A DNA stretch of 64,000 nt from positions 118,112,001 through 118,176,000 of the forward strand of contig NC_045696.1 of NCBI RefSeq assembly GCF_009834535.1. Direction: 5' to 3'. The translations under genes were made by a program, and so were the position numbers. Positions 10,936 through 24,079 of the stretch are shown one piece after another (positions within the stretch are counted from its first letter, which is position 1; every line of letters starts with the position of its first letter). The notes beneath the pieces were generated by a model. The model was not told where the DNA came from and ran no database searches. It saw only the letters and a program-made list of their open reading frames with translations. Source of the DNA: Camelus ferus (lineage: Eukaryota).

Positions 10936-11627
10936 TGTAGATAACTTGTGTGCTAAGAAATAAAATGATGTATCAATGAACAAGTGCCTTTTAATAATTC
11001 GCGTAGGTGTAGAGGTGACTTGAGATAAGAGGCAAATGGCAGGGTGAGCTGAGAAAACTTGCATTAGGGGAATCCCTTATGCTGAGTAAGCCAAGCCCAG
11101 GGCCCGGGGGAGGAGATAGCAGAGCTGGAGGGACTCCTTCAACTAGGAAGAGTGCAGGTACCACGTGTGCATCACCTGACCTGTGAATTTTCCACGGGAG
11201 CTTGGTGTACTTCTAGCTGCGCGACTTGCTCAACAGTAATTAGTTGGATTTTATCAACATAAAGGCTATGAGTCATACTCTCTGGGTTGAAAGTTTTTTT
11301 GGTGAAAACATTGAGTGTGAGTGCTTTTTCCATCACCCAAATTAGGCCTCAGTTGAGTAGTGAATTCCTGAGTCGTGGAAGCAAACTTGTAAACAATTTC
11401 GTGCCTCCACCTGTTGACTTTTTTCTTAAATTAAAAAAATGTAAATTGAAAAGTTTAAAAGTATCACGTATAACTTAATATACTTTACGTACATAAAAAT
11501 GATTGACTTTTAAAAAACAGTATGGGAGTATAATCTCAACTACTTTTAGCTGTAATTTTTATTCTCTGTTCTTGTCCTTACTTTACCACTGTTTTTTCAT
11601 GTTAAATAATAAAATGACAATACTTTT

Positions 11628-14600
11628 TTTTTCTAGTTTTATTGAGACATAATTGATATACAGCTATACTATATAAGTTTAAGGTGTACAGCATAATGAT
11701 TTGACTTACATACATCATGAAATGATAGTGCAGTAAGTTTAATGAACATCCAGCATCTCATAGATACAAAATTAAAGAATTAGAAAAAATGTTTTTCCTT
11801 GTGATGACAACTCTTAGGATTTACTCTCTTAACTTTCATATATAACATATAACAGTGTTAATTATGTTTATCATATAATTACATCCCTAGCACTTATTTA
11901 ATTGAAAGTTTCTACCTTTCCTCTGCCTTCGTCCATTTCCCCCTCCACCATCCCCTGGCTCTGTTAACCACCAATTTGATCTCTTTTTCTATGAGTTTGT
12001 TTCTGAAGTATAATTGACCTGCAACACTGTTAGTTTCTATTACACAAGATAGTGATTCGATATTTGTATACATTTCAACATGATCACCACAGTAAATCTA
12101 GTTACGATATGTCACCATACAAAAATACTATATAGTTGTTGACTGTATTCCCCATACTGTACATACTTGTGATTCTTTTTTTTTTTTGCAACTGGCACTT
12201 TGAACCTCTTGATCTCCCCCACCTAATTGTTTCCTTCCCCCACCCCCTACCTTCTGTAAACTACTTGTTTGTTCTTTGTATCTGTGTTTTGTTATGTTAG
12301 TTCATTTGTTTTTTAAATTCCACATATAAGTGAAATCATATAGTATTTGTCTTTCTCTGAATCTTTTCACCTAGCATAATATCCTCTAGGCTCATCTATT
12401 TTGTCGCAAATGGCAAGATCTCATTCTTTTTTTATGTCTGAGTAATATTTTATTGTATATATATATATACACCACATCTTTATTCATTCATCTATTGACG
12501 AGCATTTGGTTGCTTCCATATCTTGCCTATTGTCAGTAATGCTGCGGTGAATATAGAGGTGCATGTATCGTTTCTAGTTAGTGTTTTTGTTTTCTTCAAG
12601 CAAATACCCAGGAATGGAATTGCTGGATCTTAGGTAATTTTATTTTTAATTTTTTTGATGAATATACATACTGTTTTCCATAGTGACTGCACCAATTTGT
12701 ATTCCCACCAGTAGTGCACGAGGGTTCCCTTTTTCCTATGTCCTTGCTAACAACTTGTTATTTGTTGTCTCTTTGCTAATAGCCATTCTAACAGGTGTGA
12801 AGTGAAAGCTCATTGTGCTTTTGATTCGCATTTCCATAGTGGTTGGTGATGTTGCACATCTTTTCATGTACCTGCTGGTGATCTGTATGTCTTCTTTAGA
12901 AAAATGTCTACTCAGAACCTCTGCCCATTTTTTAATCATTTTTTTGTTTTTGTTTTTATATGTATTATTTATATATTTTAGATATTATCCCCTTATCAGA
13001 AATATGATTTGGAAATATTTCCTCCCATTCAGTAGGTTGCCTTTTCATGTCATTGATAGTTTCTTTCACTATGCAGGTTTTTAGTTTGACGTTGTACCAT
13101 TTGTTAATTTTTGCTTCTGTTTCCCTTGCCTAAGGAGATAATCCAAAAAAAAAAAAATTACTAAGACTGATTTCAAAGAGCTTACTGCCTATGTATTCTT
13201 TTAGAAGTTTTATGGTTTTAGGTCTTAAATTTAAATTTTTAATCCATTTTGAATTTATTTTTGTACATGATGTGAGAGAATAGTCCAGCTAGATTCTTTC
13301 ACGTGTAGTTACTCACTTTTCCCAACATCAGTTATTGAAGAGGCTGTCTTTTCCTCACTATATATTTGTGCCTCCTTTGTTATAGAGGAATTGTCCATAT
13401 AAGTGTGAGTTCATTTCTGGGCTATTTTGTTCCATTATTGTATGTGTCTATTTTGTAACAGTACCATTCTGTTTTGATTAATGTAGCTTTGCAGTGTAGT
13501 TTGAAATCAGAGTGCATGATACTTCCAGCTTTGTTCTTTCTCAAGATTGTTTTGACTTTTTGGGATCTTTTGTGTTTCCATGCAAATATTAAAATTATTT
13601 GTTCTAGTTCTGTGAAAAATGCCATTGGTATTTTGCTAGGGATTGCATAGAATCTGTAGATTGCTCTGGATAGTATGGTCGTTTTAACAGCATTATTTCT
13701 TCCAATCGATGTTTCCATCTGTTTGTGTTGTCTTTAGTTTCTCTTATCAGTGTCTTATATAGTTTTCTGAGTCCAGGTCTTTTACCTCCTTAGATTGATT
13801 CCTAGGTATTTTATTCTTTTTGATGTGATTATAGATGGGATTAAATTATTACTTAATTTTTCTTTCTGATAGTTTGTTGTTAGTGTGTAGAAATGCAACA
13901 CATTTCTGTATATTAATTTTGTATCCTAAAACCTTGCTAAATTCATTGATGATTTCTAGTAGTTCTTTGGTAGCATTTTTTGTATTTTTTATGTATGGTA
14001 TCCTGTCATCTGCAAACAGTGAGAGATTTATTTTTTCCTTTCCAACTTGGATTCCTTTTGTTTTTATTATCTGATTGCTGTGTCTAGAACTTTCAATACT
14101 ATGTTGAATAAAATTTCCAATACTGCAGTGAATAAAAGTGTTGAGAGTAAGCATCCTTGTATTGTTCCTGATCCTAGAGAAAATGCTTTCAGCTTTTCAC
14201 TGTGGAGTTTGATATTGGTTATGGGCTTGTCATATGTGGTCTTTGCTATATTGAGGTATGTTTCCTTTATACTCATTTTGTTGAGTTTTTTCTTTTAATC
14301 ATAAATGGACGTTGAATTTTGTCAAAAGCTTTGCCAATGTCTGTTGAAATGATCATATGATCTTTATTCTTTAATTTGTTAATGTGATGTATCATGTTGA
14401 TTGACTTGCAGATAATGAACCATCCTTCCATCTCTAGAATAAATCCCAATGATCATGGTGTATGATTCTTTTAACGTATTGTTGAATTTGGTTTGCTGAT
14501 GTTTTGTTGAGGATTTTGCGTCTGTGTTCATCAGGGATGTTAGCCTGTAAATCCTTTTATTGTGATGCTTTTATCTAGTTTTGATATTAGGGTGATGCTG

Positions 14601-15784
14601 GCCTTGTGGAATGAGTTCGGAAGCATTCCTTCCTCTGCAATTTTTGGAATAGTTTGAGAAGGACAGATGTTAACTTGTCCCTAAACTTTTAGTAGAATTC
14701 ACCTGGTCCTGGACTTCTGTTTGTTGGGAATTTTGTGATTACTGATTCAAGTTCATTACTGGTAATTAGTTTGTTATTTTCTATTTCTTTCTGGCTCACT
14801 CTTGGGTTCTTTGTATTTTGCAACTCTTTGTTAAAAAATTCTAACTTCTCATTCTGTTCATGCAGTCTTCTCCCAAGGTATTTGATCATTTTTATGATCA
14901 TTACTTTGAACTCTTTATTGGGTCGATTACTTATCTTCATTTCACTTAGTTTTTCTGAAGTTTTATTTTCGTCCTTTATTTAGAACATATTCTACTGTCA
15001 CCTTATTTTGCCTAATTTGCTATTTTTATTTCTATGTATCCGGTAGGTTGGTTACATTTCCTGAACTTGGAGAAGTGGCCCTTTGTAGGAGACATGCTTT
15101 GTGTCCCAGCAGTGCCCTCCCCTTTAGTCACCAGAGCTATATGCTTTGGGCTGGGTGGGTTCTTCTGTTCTGGTGGGCTCCCTTGGTGGTCTGATAGGCA
15201 TGGCTGGCCTCTAGACTTGTTGGTGGGGCTGGTTCATGAGGTGGCTGGCTATGGGGTCCTGGGGGGGGGGGGGTCCCAGGGCTAGTGCTAATTCCCTGGT
15301 GGGTGGAGCTGGGTTCTGAGGTGGATGTGGGTCCGGACGTCCTAGATCCTGAGTTGGCTTGCTGCTGGGTGGGGCTGGTTCCTAATACGGCTAGCTGTGG
15401 GGTCTGAGGTGCTCCAGAGCTGCTGTTCGCCCACTGGTGAGTGAGGCTACATTGCAGGATGGCTGCCTCGGGGGTCCAAGGTTTGTTGGAACTTGGGTCA
15501 GCCTGCAGATGGGTAGAGTTGGGCCCAGAGGCTCCTGGGACTAATGCTGGCCTGCTGGTGGATGGAGCCACGTCCCAGGTTCTCTGATTGCTGGGCCTTG
15601 AGGGTCCTGGAGCTGGTGTCTGCCCTCAGGTAGAGGTCGGGCCATTCCTGACATAGCTGGCTGTGGGGTTCTAGGTGTTCTGAAGCTGATGTTGGCTTGC
15701 TTATGTGTAGGGCTGGGGCCCCCCACCGATGGGTGAGTCCGGGTCCTGGGGCTTGTGCCATCCCACTTGTGGGTGGGTTCGTGT
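11628..15784 (-). mobile_element. L1 with 3'UTR, degraded ORF2 RT/C-terminus, large internal deletion, ORF1 N-terminus and GC-rich 5'UTR
   Basis: ORF2 peptides incl. SLFADDRIPYIKN (RT FADD motif) and [20 protein letters not shown]1 peptide EFKVMIIKMIKYLGRR; TSD atgacaatactttt (11614-11627) / atgatagtactttt (15785-15798). Confidence 0.93.
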
Positions 15785-15980
15785 ATGATAGTACTTTTGA
15801 AGCACTTACTAAGTGCCAGATGCTGTTCGAAGCACTTTATGTCTCTTAACTCATTTAATCCTCACCACAACTTTGAAGGAACTGAAACAGAGGGTAAAAG
15901 TCACATGCCAGCCCAGAGCTGAGATTCTGGCGGGCTGCCTCTAGAGTACATGCTTTTAACAGTCTTCTCTTTACTGCCTT
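15785..15980 (-). mobile_element. MIR (the L1 insertion target)
   Basis: gcacttactaagtgccagatgctgttcgaagcactttat...ctcatttaatcctcaccacaac. Confidence 0.75.
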
Positions 15981-16889
15981 TTTAGAAGAAGGTAAATTAA
16001 TGATTCTGTTTAAATCCTCTTCTTCTTATTGTTAAAAATTATGAGCTTGGCTTTCATTTTAAAATTCAAATTTGTAATTCTTTTTTTATTTTTTTTAAAT
16101 TTTCCCTATTTTATCCCACTGCCTCAGTGCTTGTAATCTTTTCTGAAAAAGATAGGGATTTGCATTGCTTTATTTTGTTTGCTGGATTGGTCTCTAAGAT
16201 TACATGTCACTGTTAAATGTGCACATAGTATGTTAGTATCTGTTTACTTTTGAACCTGCTAGTTTTCAGTCCTTTATTTCCTGCCTATGCCTGTCTCCAC
16301 CTCCCCGCCCCCATGCGTGTGTGGTAGACTTATTCTGTGTTTATTATTCTAACATGTAGGATTTTGAGGGGGATTGACTGGGTCCCTGCCTTTTTACTTG
16401 GCCGGTAAGGACAATAAGAAACTAAGCATTGTTCATCATTATCATGTTTAACACTCAGAAGGTAAGAATGACAACTTTAGAATAAAGAATGGTATTTTGA
16501 GTTGAATAATTTGTGTTCCGTTAAAAAATGTCATATTTCCCCCACCCCCTTTCTGTCTCAGACCACTGAAAACTTTGTCCCATTCAGCACTAGACTGAGA
16601 AATGGTGCTTGTACCCCTGTTCTAAGACATTTCTCTTAACACAGACAGATCATTAGAATGGCAGTAATATACAGTGTGTGTACTAGAACTTCAGAAATGA
16701 GAGGTTGTCACTGGGGGCAGTTGTGGGAGAGGAAGGAGATGGGAGAGGGAGAGTGTTGAGGGAGAGGGCCTGTGGCTGATTCCAGTGGCATTAATTTTCT
16801 ATTAACTGGGCTAATAGTGAGTTTGGGAAGGAAGTCAGTATAACAGCAAGTCTGTTATGTTTTCTCAAAGCTCATTCTCTGTTGTGATG

Positions 16890-17515
16890 TCTGTCATAAT
16901 GCCATGCTGGCCAGGTACTTAGCCTCACAGTGCCTCACTTTTCTCATCTTTAAAATGAGGATAATAATAATAATAATAGATAAAATACCTCCCACAAAGT
17001 TGTTTTGAGGATTAAATGAGTATATGTGTGTGTATATGTATATATGTACACATAAACATAATATACCTATGTTATACCTATGGGGTACATATTATGTATG
17101 TACATGCTATATACATATGTGTAACACACATGTACAGATACAGTTGTTCCTTGGTACCAGCAGGGGATTGGTTCCAGGCCCCCAATGGGTAGCAAAATCT
17201 ATTGATGTTCAAGTCCTTTATATAAAATGGCATAGTATTTGCATATAACACACATCTCCTCCTGTACACTTTAAATCATCTGTAGAGTACTGATAATACC
17301 TAATACAATGTAAGTCTTATGTGAATGGTTGCCAGAGCCTGGCAAATTCAAGTTTTGCTTTTTTGGACTTTCTGCAATTTTATTTTTTCCCTGAATATTT
17401 TTGATTTGTGATTGATCACATCTGTGGACGCAGAACCCAAGAATATGGAGGGCCGACTATATATATATATACATAAAGTACTTAGTCTCTGGCAGGTAGT
17501 TAATACTATCATGTA
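16890..17515 (+). mobile_element. MIR split by a TA/CA-rich tract and MER2
   Basis: gtgcctcacttttctcatctttaaaatgaggataata...gttgttttgaggattaaatgag; resumes near 17470 (taaagtacttag). Confidence 0.7.
17141..17459 (+). mobile_element. TcMar-Tigger MITE (MER2-like)
   Basis: cagttgttccttggta..ggggattggttccagg..gatgttcaagtcctttatataaaatggcatagtatttgcatataac..gaatatggagggccgact; TA flanks. Confidence 0.85.
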
Positions 17516-18359
17516 TGTGTTGGATATTACGTTCTACTGTGGATAACCTACACTGTAGTTGGTCATCTCCATGTGATCAAGGCTGACTATATTTGAATGA
17601 ACTTAACTGGAAACTACTCATTTATTTAGTATAAGGCTATACGAGCCAAGAAAACAGAAAGTTTGTGCTTTTTGGATGAAAAGACAGAATTGTATAATAA
17701 TGCTCTTATCCTTTTGGAGAATTAAATCTGACTCAATATGGTTTGGCAGCTTAGATCTTTCAAAACAAGAAAGCAAGGCTGTAGAAATAAAAGAAAGATA
17801 TCTTTGGTGGTGATGTGAAAGAATTAGTTTAAAATTTTCAGTCATAGTGTTATGAAATCCAGAACAAGATCACCTTTTTCTGAAGGCTTCTTTGACTATA
17901 GCTTGTACCTTCTTCACCTGACTCATTTGCTCCGTGAAATAGTCCATCTTTCTTTGCATCCTCCAAACCTGGTCTCTAGCCCCTTATCCGAAAACCATGG
18001 TGGCATATGTCTCAGAAGTGAAGTGTTTGTGGAATTTAGAAAATTAATATGGTGCATATGCTGTGTATCAGTGAAACCTCCTGTGGATAGGAGGATTCAC
18101 CCCATAGTCATGCACAGCAATTTTCTCAGCGAAATTATACGTACTCACACTAAGCAGAATGAAAAAGACTATAAAAAGCCTCACACTAGTTAGGCCATGT
18201 TAGGGTGACACTTTAGAAAATAAATTTTAGTTTTTAGGGATTTTGGGATTTTTGGAGTTGGAGGTGAGGGATTCGGGTCGTGTGTGTGTGTGTTTTAAAA
18301 TATTTATATTCATAATGCCTGTGCCTTGACTAGACATATAACTGTAGTACGGGGTATGT

Positions 18360-18445
18360 GTGTTAGCGTTTTGTGTCTTTAGCATCTGGTATAGGCCTGG
18401 CATGCAGTAGGTGCTCATTAAATGTCCATTAGTTTGGATGAAAAA
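18360..18445 (+). mobile_element. L2 3' end
   Basis: ggcctggcatgcagtaggtgctcattaaatgtccattagtttggatga. Confidence 0.6.
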
Positions 18446-19739
18446 CATCTAAACATAGTATCATACAGTCGTTGTTCTCATTGGCATCTGTGGCTGACTC
18501 AATGAGAAATTGGAGATTTATTATTTTTCTTATCTCAGTTGCCTGGGAAAGGTGGTTACTGGATTACTTTCTTGAAACAAAAGGGATATGAAATAGGCAT
18601 TACGGATGATTGTAAATTTTCCGTAAATTTGTATTGACAAGAATGCTTATCTTGAGCTTTTTATGGGTCATGAAATCTACATTTAGAAGACTAATTTACT
18701 TTTTAAAATGGATTGGATTTAGTTGTATATGTTACTGATAACAAGCTAGTTGTGGTATAGCTCTGTAAAGAAAATGCTGCTTTGTGTGAATATCTTAGGT
18801 CAAATAATCACAAAATGATAATCTAGCTGGCTGTTAGGGAAAAAAATGTTTTTCCTTACTACAAAAAATATGCCTATTGTGGAAATTTTATAAAAATGAT
18901 CAAAATAATTACCTTGACTATTGGATATTTTTAAAGTTCTCTTCAGGATCATCTTGCTTTGAGTGAGGCTGAAAATAGTCAGATTTGTAGTGCAACTGCT
19001 AGTTTAGAAAGCCAAGTAACAGATGCGGGTTACTGGGAATGTTTTATGTTTTAGTGTTACTAAACATTTTGTCCCTAAGTAAGATGAAAAGGTTGAAGCA
19101 AAAGTAATTAGGTCTCCACTTATGAATAGTGGATCTTCAGAATAATCAGATGATTGAGAAGTAAGCTCCCATGTCTGATACCACCTTCTGATGGAGTTGA
19201 GGTGATACAGCACTGCAGGAAGACGGAGCCCAGGCCACAGGCTCTGGCTGCAGAGACATGCATTCTGTGTGCTGATATGTAGGGGGGATCAGAGTCAACC
19301 CCTTGAGAGTTTCCCAGAATGCTGCCATTAGAGCTGTGCTAGCAGGTACCCTGCAGGAGTCCAGGAGGAGGTACTAACATTGCATTGTATCTCTTGCCAT
19401 CTTGGGGTGAGATAGTGGGTTGATCGCCCTGGATCCGTGGTAGAGTTTGGAGGGTGAGGGCAAAAGTGCATTGATAGGAGGTGGGTAGATGGTACCACTA
19501 TTTCTGGTTTTGGCCACTGTATTCATGGAACTATGCTTCTTTTTCTTCATGAAATCCAAGAGTCTTAATAGTACAAGTGCTCATTGATAGGTAGATGTGT
19601 ATGGTGTGGGGAGGCTTGGGATAAATTGTCTCCCTTCTCCAGTCTCCATTTCTCTTAACTAATTTTGAGTTAATTTTAATTTTCTTAATCCTGTGCTGTG
19701 TGTGTATATAATAGATATACAGCGATAAACATGCATATG

Positions 19740-20740
19740 TGTAGATAAAACTATTTTTTTAAGTCAAAGTGATTCATACTATTTTGTTCCTTGCATTTGT
19801 TTTTCACTTAATATTTTATGTTACTACTGTTGCTACTCTTCCACATACTTTTTGGTCACTCCATACCGTATCGTTGGATGAATGGACCATAAGTAGCCCT
19901 CCATTCTTGGACCCCTAGATTCCTCTCAGTCTTTATGACAAGCAGTGATAGCACTGGACACTGTTGCAGCTAACATCCCCTTGTGCCTATGCATTATTAT
20001 TTATTTTTGAAGAGTTGTCGAATGGATTAATCGGGTCAAAAATACGCCCGTGTTTAACAGTTTTGATACACTTGGCCAAATTGTGCACCAGAAAGGTTGT
20101 ATCACTCTATCCTTTAGTACAGCAAAGCTGTTTGAGGGGCCCTCTACCTACTGGGTATTATCATCTTCTCCTTTAATAGCTTTATTTGGGTGTATGTGAC
20201 TCATCCCCCTTCTCCTGTCTTCTTACAGTTTTTAACACTGTATGTAGTTCAATCTTGCTCTTCCTTTATTTATCTTGCAGGCTTTTCTACTTTATGGTCA
20301 TACAGCTATTAACATATCTTCAGGTATTTTCATAGTTTAAAATTTGGGGTTTGCAGTTACTGCAGAACACATTCAGTTGTATAGCATGAAGTAGAGGGTA
20401 CAAAAATTTTTAAGCTTTTTGATTAGCTCGTTTTCTCAATACTACTTCCTTCTCCACAGATATGAGAAGCTTTATCATTTGGTCTTCTATTCAGCCCCAC
20501 AGTATTTTATTTTTTGTTGTTGTGAATAGGATTTTCCTGTGTGTTTGTATGTGTGTGGGCATGTGTTTGTGTGTGTATTTTTTCTACCAGACGATTGCTG
20601 GTAAATAGAAGAGCAATTGATTTTTTTGTGTGTATTTTGTAACCAGTCACTTTCTCATTCTGTGCATTATAACAGCTTTTCAGTTGATTCTCTTACATCT
20701 TCCGGGTAGATAAGCAAACCATCAGATGCCAGCCATTTTT
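19740..20740 (-). mobile_element. Ancient L1 (L1ME-like) fragments
   Basis: Highly diverged antisense L1 3'UTR/ORF2 motifs (ttgctggtaaatagaagagcaattgattttt..gtattttgtaaccag). Confidence 0.55.
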
Positions 20741-21499
20741 GCAGAGAGATCAAACTGTGTGACATTAACATGTGTTGGCCTGTCTGCAGTATTAAGGATC
20801 ATGGCTTTCTTTTTCTGGCCAGGTGGTGTAATTTTCTACTCCTTATGATGAGTTTTCTTTTCAAGCTACAGCCCTCCTGTGGTGCTTAGAGTTCTCCAGC
20901 CCAGATCCTGTGATTGTCAAAACGGGGTGTGATGGAGGCCACTGGGAGGGGATGAGCAGATCAGGGGGCAGCCAAGGCAGGATGGAACGGGAGAAGCAGG
21001 GGCAGGGAAGTGCCTGATAGGTCCGCTCTTCTTTCTCTGGCCCCCTTTCTATTTTTGATTGTTTTTCTGAACTTCTTTGATCTTGTCCTTTTAATGATTT
21101 TCTGGCTGCCTGTTTAGTCTCCAGGTATATACCTTGTTTTCTTTCTTTCATGCAGTAGCTTCCCTGCCTTCTTTCTACTTTGACCAGGAATCCAGATGCA
21201 GTAGTCTGGGAAGTAGTCCTGAGCTGTACATCTAACTCCCTTCCTTATTGTCACTAAAACTACCTACACAATGCCCCGACAAGTGGCCGTCACACATCCC
21301 ACCATGCAAAGGGTGTTGCAAGACAATTAAACTTGGGTTTCCTCAGAAACTAGAACCATCTCCCCCAAATGAGAGAGAGAGATACTTTATGAAGACAAAT
21401 TGTGAGAGTATCGCACAGTTGTAACCAGGTGGTTGAGGACTGCAGAGGACATAGTGAGAGATGAGTGTTGCAGAGGGAGGAGAGGGTCTGAAGAGTCTG

Positions 21500-22500
21500 T
21501 TGTCAGATCTCCAACCTGATTTCTTCCCTGGGCTCTAGACCTGGGGATCCGATCGCCTACGGGGCTAACTCCACTTTTGCACAGGCCACAGAGAGCTCAC
21601 ATTCAGTATGTCTGCAGCTGAATTTACCATCTTCTCTTACAAAACCAATGCCCCTTCCAAGTTTGCTCTCTCACTGAGTGGTACTACCATCTCTCTAGTT
21701 GTTCAAGCCAGAAACCTGGCAGACACTTTTTACCTTTTCCCAAATCCTCACATAAAGGCATCAAGCCTGTGGATTCTCTCGTTGAATCCATTGCCTCTTT
21801 ATCTGCACTGCTTCCACTCTGGTATGTCATCTCTTGATCTCTAGATCATCGTCTGTTGCCTGTGTTTCTGTAAGATTTTCTGACTGTTGTCCCTGTAGCC
21901 CAGTGATCTTTCTAAGCTCTAGTCTGAGTCTCTTATGCTGTGGCTTAAAACCGTTCAATACAGTTGTCCCTCAGTATCCCTAGGGGATTGGTTCTGAGAC
22001 CTGCTGCAGATACTAAAATCTGCAGATGTGCAAGTCCCTTCTAGTCGGCACACAGTATCCACGGATTCAAGCAACCACGGATGGAACATGCAGAGAACCC
22101 GCTGATACAGCGGGCTGACAGTACTCTCCATTAGCTGTTTCTCAGTCTTGTGTCTCCTTCTGCCTCCCCTGTACTGTGTGATTTCACTGTAAAGTACTGG
22201 AATCTTTGAGTTTTGGGAACTGCTAATGATTTTGCTCACTTTAAACTTGAAATATTCTCTCTTGATCTTACTGACTCTTGTGAGATCTCAGCTTAAATGG
22301 TCCAGGAAGTTTCCTTAAACCACTCGGGCTGCTTTGTGTCCTTCCTATTTGGCCAGATAGCTGGTACTACTCCGTGACATTTATTATTTATTATAATTGT
22401 CTTTTTACCTAGTATCCTGTGTCCCACTTTTGACTGCTCTATGGGCTCCAAGGCCGTGTACATCATCTGTATTCATATTCCTGGTGCTGTGCCTCTTAAA
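21500..22500 (+). mobile_element. L2 ORF2/3' region with nested MITE
   Basis: ctcacattcagtatgtctgcagctgaattt...gttgttcaagccagaaacctgg...tctcagcttaaatgg. Confidence 0.65.
21961..22121 (+). mobile_element. Short TcMar-Tigger MITE (MER2-related)
   Basis: TIR-like ends cagttgtccctcagtatcc / gatacagcgggctgacag with TA on both sides; 5' half homologous to the 17141 element. Confidence 0.8.
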
Positions 22501-22561
22501 AGCAGATGTCCCACAGCAAGTACTGTTCTAGGTGCTGAAAATACTGCAGTAGAGAAAGAGG

Positions 22562-23040
22562 CTGTTCCAGTTCTTAGCTGCCACTCCAAAACTTAACTAG
22601 CTTCAATAGCAGTAATGATTCTATTATTTGTATAGGACTTGGTGGGGTAGTTTACTTCTGTTTCACTTGGTGTCAGCTCATTGGAGGTTACAGTTGCCAC
22701 TTCTAAGGCAGCTCACTCTTACGGCTAGAAGTTGAGCTGTCTGCTGTTTGGGATCTAAACTAGGGCTGTTGATCAGAGCACCTACATGAGGCCTCCACGT
22801 GGCTTGGGTATGACTGGTGAGCTCGGAGAGTGAGTGTCCCAAGAACAAGCATTCTAAGAGTTAGGAGGTGGTAGCAGCCACTAATCTTAAAGATTAGGCT
22901 TAAAACCGATGAAGATTACTTCTGCTGTATTCTACTGCTTAGGTAGACAGTCAGCCCAGATTTAATGGGAGGAGAATTGAACTCCATCTCCCTCGTGGAG
23001 AAAGGGACCAAAATTTGTGACCATTTTTAATCCAGTACAC
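22562..23040 (-). mobile_element. MaLR (MLT1G/H-like) LTR
   Basis: ccactccaaaacttaac...cagagcacctacatgaggcctccacgtggcttggg...cagcccagatttaatgggagg. Confidence 0.75.
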
Positions 23041-24079
23041 AGACCTAAGAAACAAACAAAAACTAAAACTATGACAGTTGTTGGATGAGTTAATTTGTCT
23101 ATACTTTCCACCTCCCAAGACTCATGATAATAGATCATCAATTAAGAAAAAAGTACAATATACAGTGAAATTTAAAAAAGTCACTCCAGTTCCCATTTTT
23201 CTTAAACAATATTCCTTTTCTGTTATTTATATAGTTTAATTTTTAAGGTTTAATTGTGCATACAACTCTTTAAATCATTTTTGTGTTTTTTTTTAATTTT
23301 ATCTTTCATAAGTTCCCATGCACTGATGTTATTATTCTATTTCTAGAAGTGAGATTATTATATCTGAGGGTATGTATAATTTAAATTTTGATACTTGTTG
23401 CCAAACTGCCTAGATAATATTAATTTGTAACCCAACTTTTAGTGCAGGATGTAAATAACATTTGCCCATAACCTTGCTACCAGAAGGTGTAAATCACTGC
23501 TCCTGGTTAACCTGTGGCAAAAGTTGATAGGGTGCTTTTATTCTTAACTTCTTTAATACCTACTTAAGCCCTTTGTGCATTTTGGGGAGAGTGTTTTATT
23601 TTCTTTTTCTTATTGGTCTCCAGAAGCTTTTTGTATGCTATAGATTAATTATTTCTTTCAGTTTTGCTTATTCATTTAAACAATTCTTGTGAAGAATAAT
23701 TACATTTTTATGTACTTCCGTATATTAGTCTTTTTCTTTACAATTTTATGTCTTGGCAAAAACAAGTTTGAACTCAGTTCTCCCTTGTCATATTTTTATA
23801 ACTCTGGTCAATTTTCCATTAGTTTCAAATATAGAATTTTTGTACATTATACTTATTGTTGGTGGGGAAAAATCAGTAGAACAATAAATTCCTTAGCAAT
23901 TATACAGATGTATATTTTGGGAATTAATTTCAGAATTTCTCTATTTCTTATAATGGAATTGATGTTTTGGATTTGGCAAGTTTCTGTCCTAGACAGTACC
24001 AGAGAATCAAGGTGAATAAAGAAATTGTTCCTTGTTGTCAGTGTTACACTTTCTCACAGAATGAAACTTTTAGTGATTT

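Noticed and set aside
12736..14276. Reverse-transcriptase-like ORFs as an active gene or novel RT system
   Set aside because: Frameshifted, stop-riddled L1 ORF2 remnants
15137..15761. GC-rich segment with 60-144 aa ORFs as a second promoter or gene
   Set aside because: CpG-poor repetitive 5'UTR of the L1 lying within its TSDs
16340..16467. Two donor-like sites (CCG|GTAAGG, AAG|GTAAGA)
   Set aside because: No convincing polypyrimidine acceptor upstream; likely chance matches
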